DNA of 64,000 nt from Octopus bimaculoides (taxonomy: Eukaryota). Under the pieces are notes generated by a model. The model made no database searches, was not told the DNA's origin, and saw only the letters and a list, made by a program, of their open reading frames with translations. Position 1 is the stretch's first letter, and each line of letters starts with the position of its first letter. The position numbers and the translations under genes were made by a program. Below are positions 63,690-64,000 of this stretch, piece after piece. The stretch is from positions 30,932,617 to 30,996,616 of the forward strand of contig NC_068995.1 in NCBI RefSeq assembly GCF_001194135.2, given 5' to 3'.

Positions 63690-64000
63690 TCATCATCATC
63701 ATCATCGTTTAACGTCCGCTTTCCATGCTAGCATGGGTTGGACGATTTGACTGCGGACTGGTGAAACCGGATGGCAACACCAGGCTCCAGTCTAATTTGG
63801 CAGAGTTTCTACAGCTGGATGCCCTTCCTAACGCCAACCACTCAGAGAGTGTAGTGGGTGCTTTTACGTGTCACTCGCACGAAAACGGCCACGCTCGAAA
63901 TGGTGTCTTTTATGTGCCACCTGCACAAGCCAGTCCAGGGGCACTGGCAACGATCTCGCTCGAAAATCCTACGGGAGCCAGTCAGGCGGTACTGGCAACG
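63690..64000 (-). mobile_element. (GAT)n-tailed retroposon, young copy with repeated hairpin modules
   Basis: Reverse complement of the 20773 tail, plus extra GCCAGT..ACTGGC units. Confidence 0.88.

Noticed and set aside
366-63712. Most ORFs in the six-frame track
   Set aside because: They are microsatellite translations, N-gap read-throughs, antisense of exons, or SINE/transposon debris.

Overview
AT-rich, microsatellite-rich animal DNA with small scaffold gaps. The repeat families look like those of Octopus; this is an inference and was not checked against a database. Three spliced genes can be reconstructed by hand. (1) CSTF3/CstF-77/suppressor of forked on +: 18 coding exons from 12904 to 44088, about 644 aa, with the N-terminal exons not in the window. 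One intron has a GC-AG donor. (2) WASHC3/CCDC53 on -: 6 exons from 59509 to 52981, with an assembly gap inside exon 4. (3) The first coding exon of TNPO3 (transportin-3) on + at 60834-60950, head-to-head with WASHC3. Introns and intergenic DNA hold decayed mariner transposons, a TA-flanked TIR element, TTAA-flanked piggyBac-type MITEs, RTE-type LINE fragments and at least four SINE-like families. The most unusual item is a composite element at 30521-30888: a tRNA-like Pol III head, a microsatellite, and a tail with a minimal Penelope-type hammerhead ribozyme motif, with an inverted copy of that tail at the 5' end. A possible second hammerhead-related family (41553 and 49805) and a head-to-tail SINE array (51.2-52.5 kb) also stand out. 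Almost all ORFs in the supplied track are spurious or are transposon debris. Gene exon coordinates were counted exactly; repeat boundaries are approximate.
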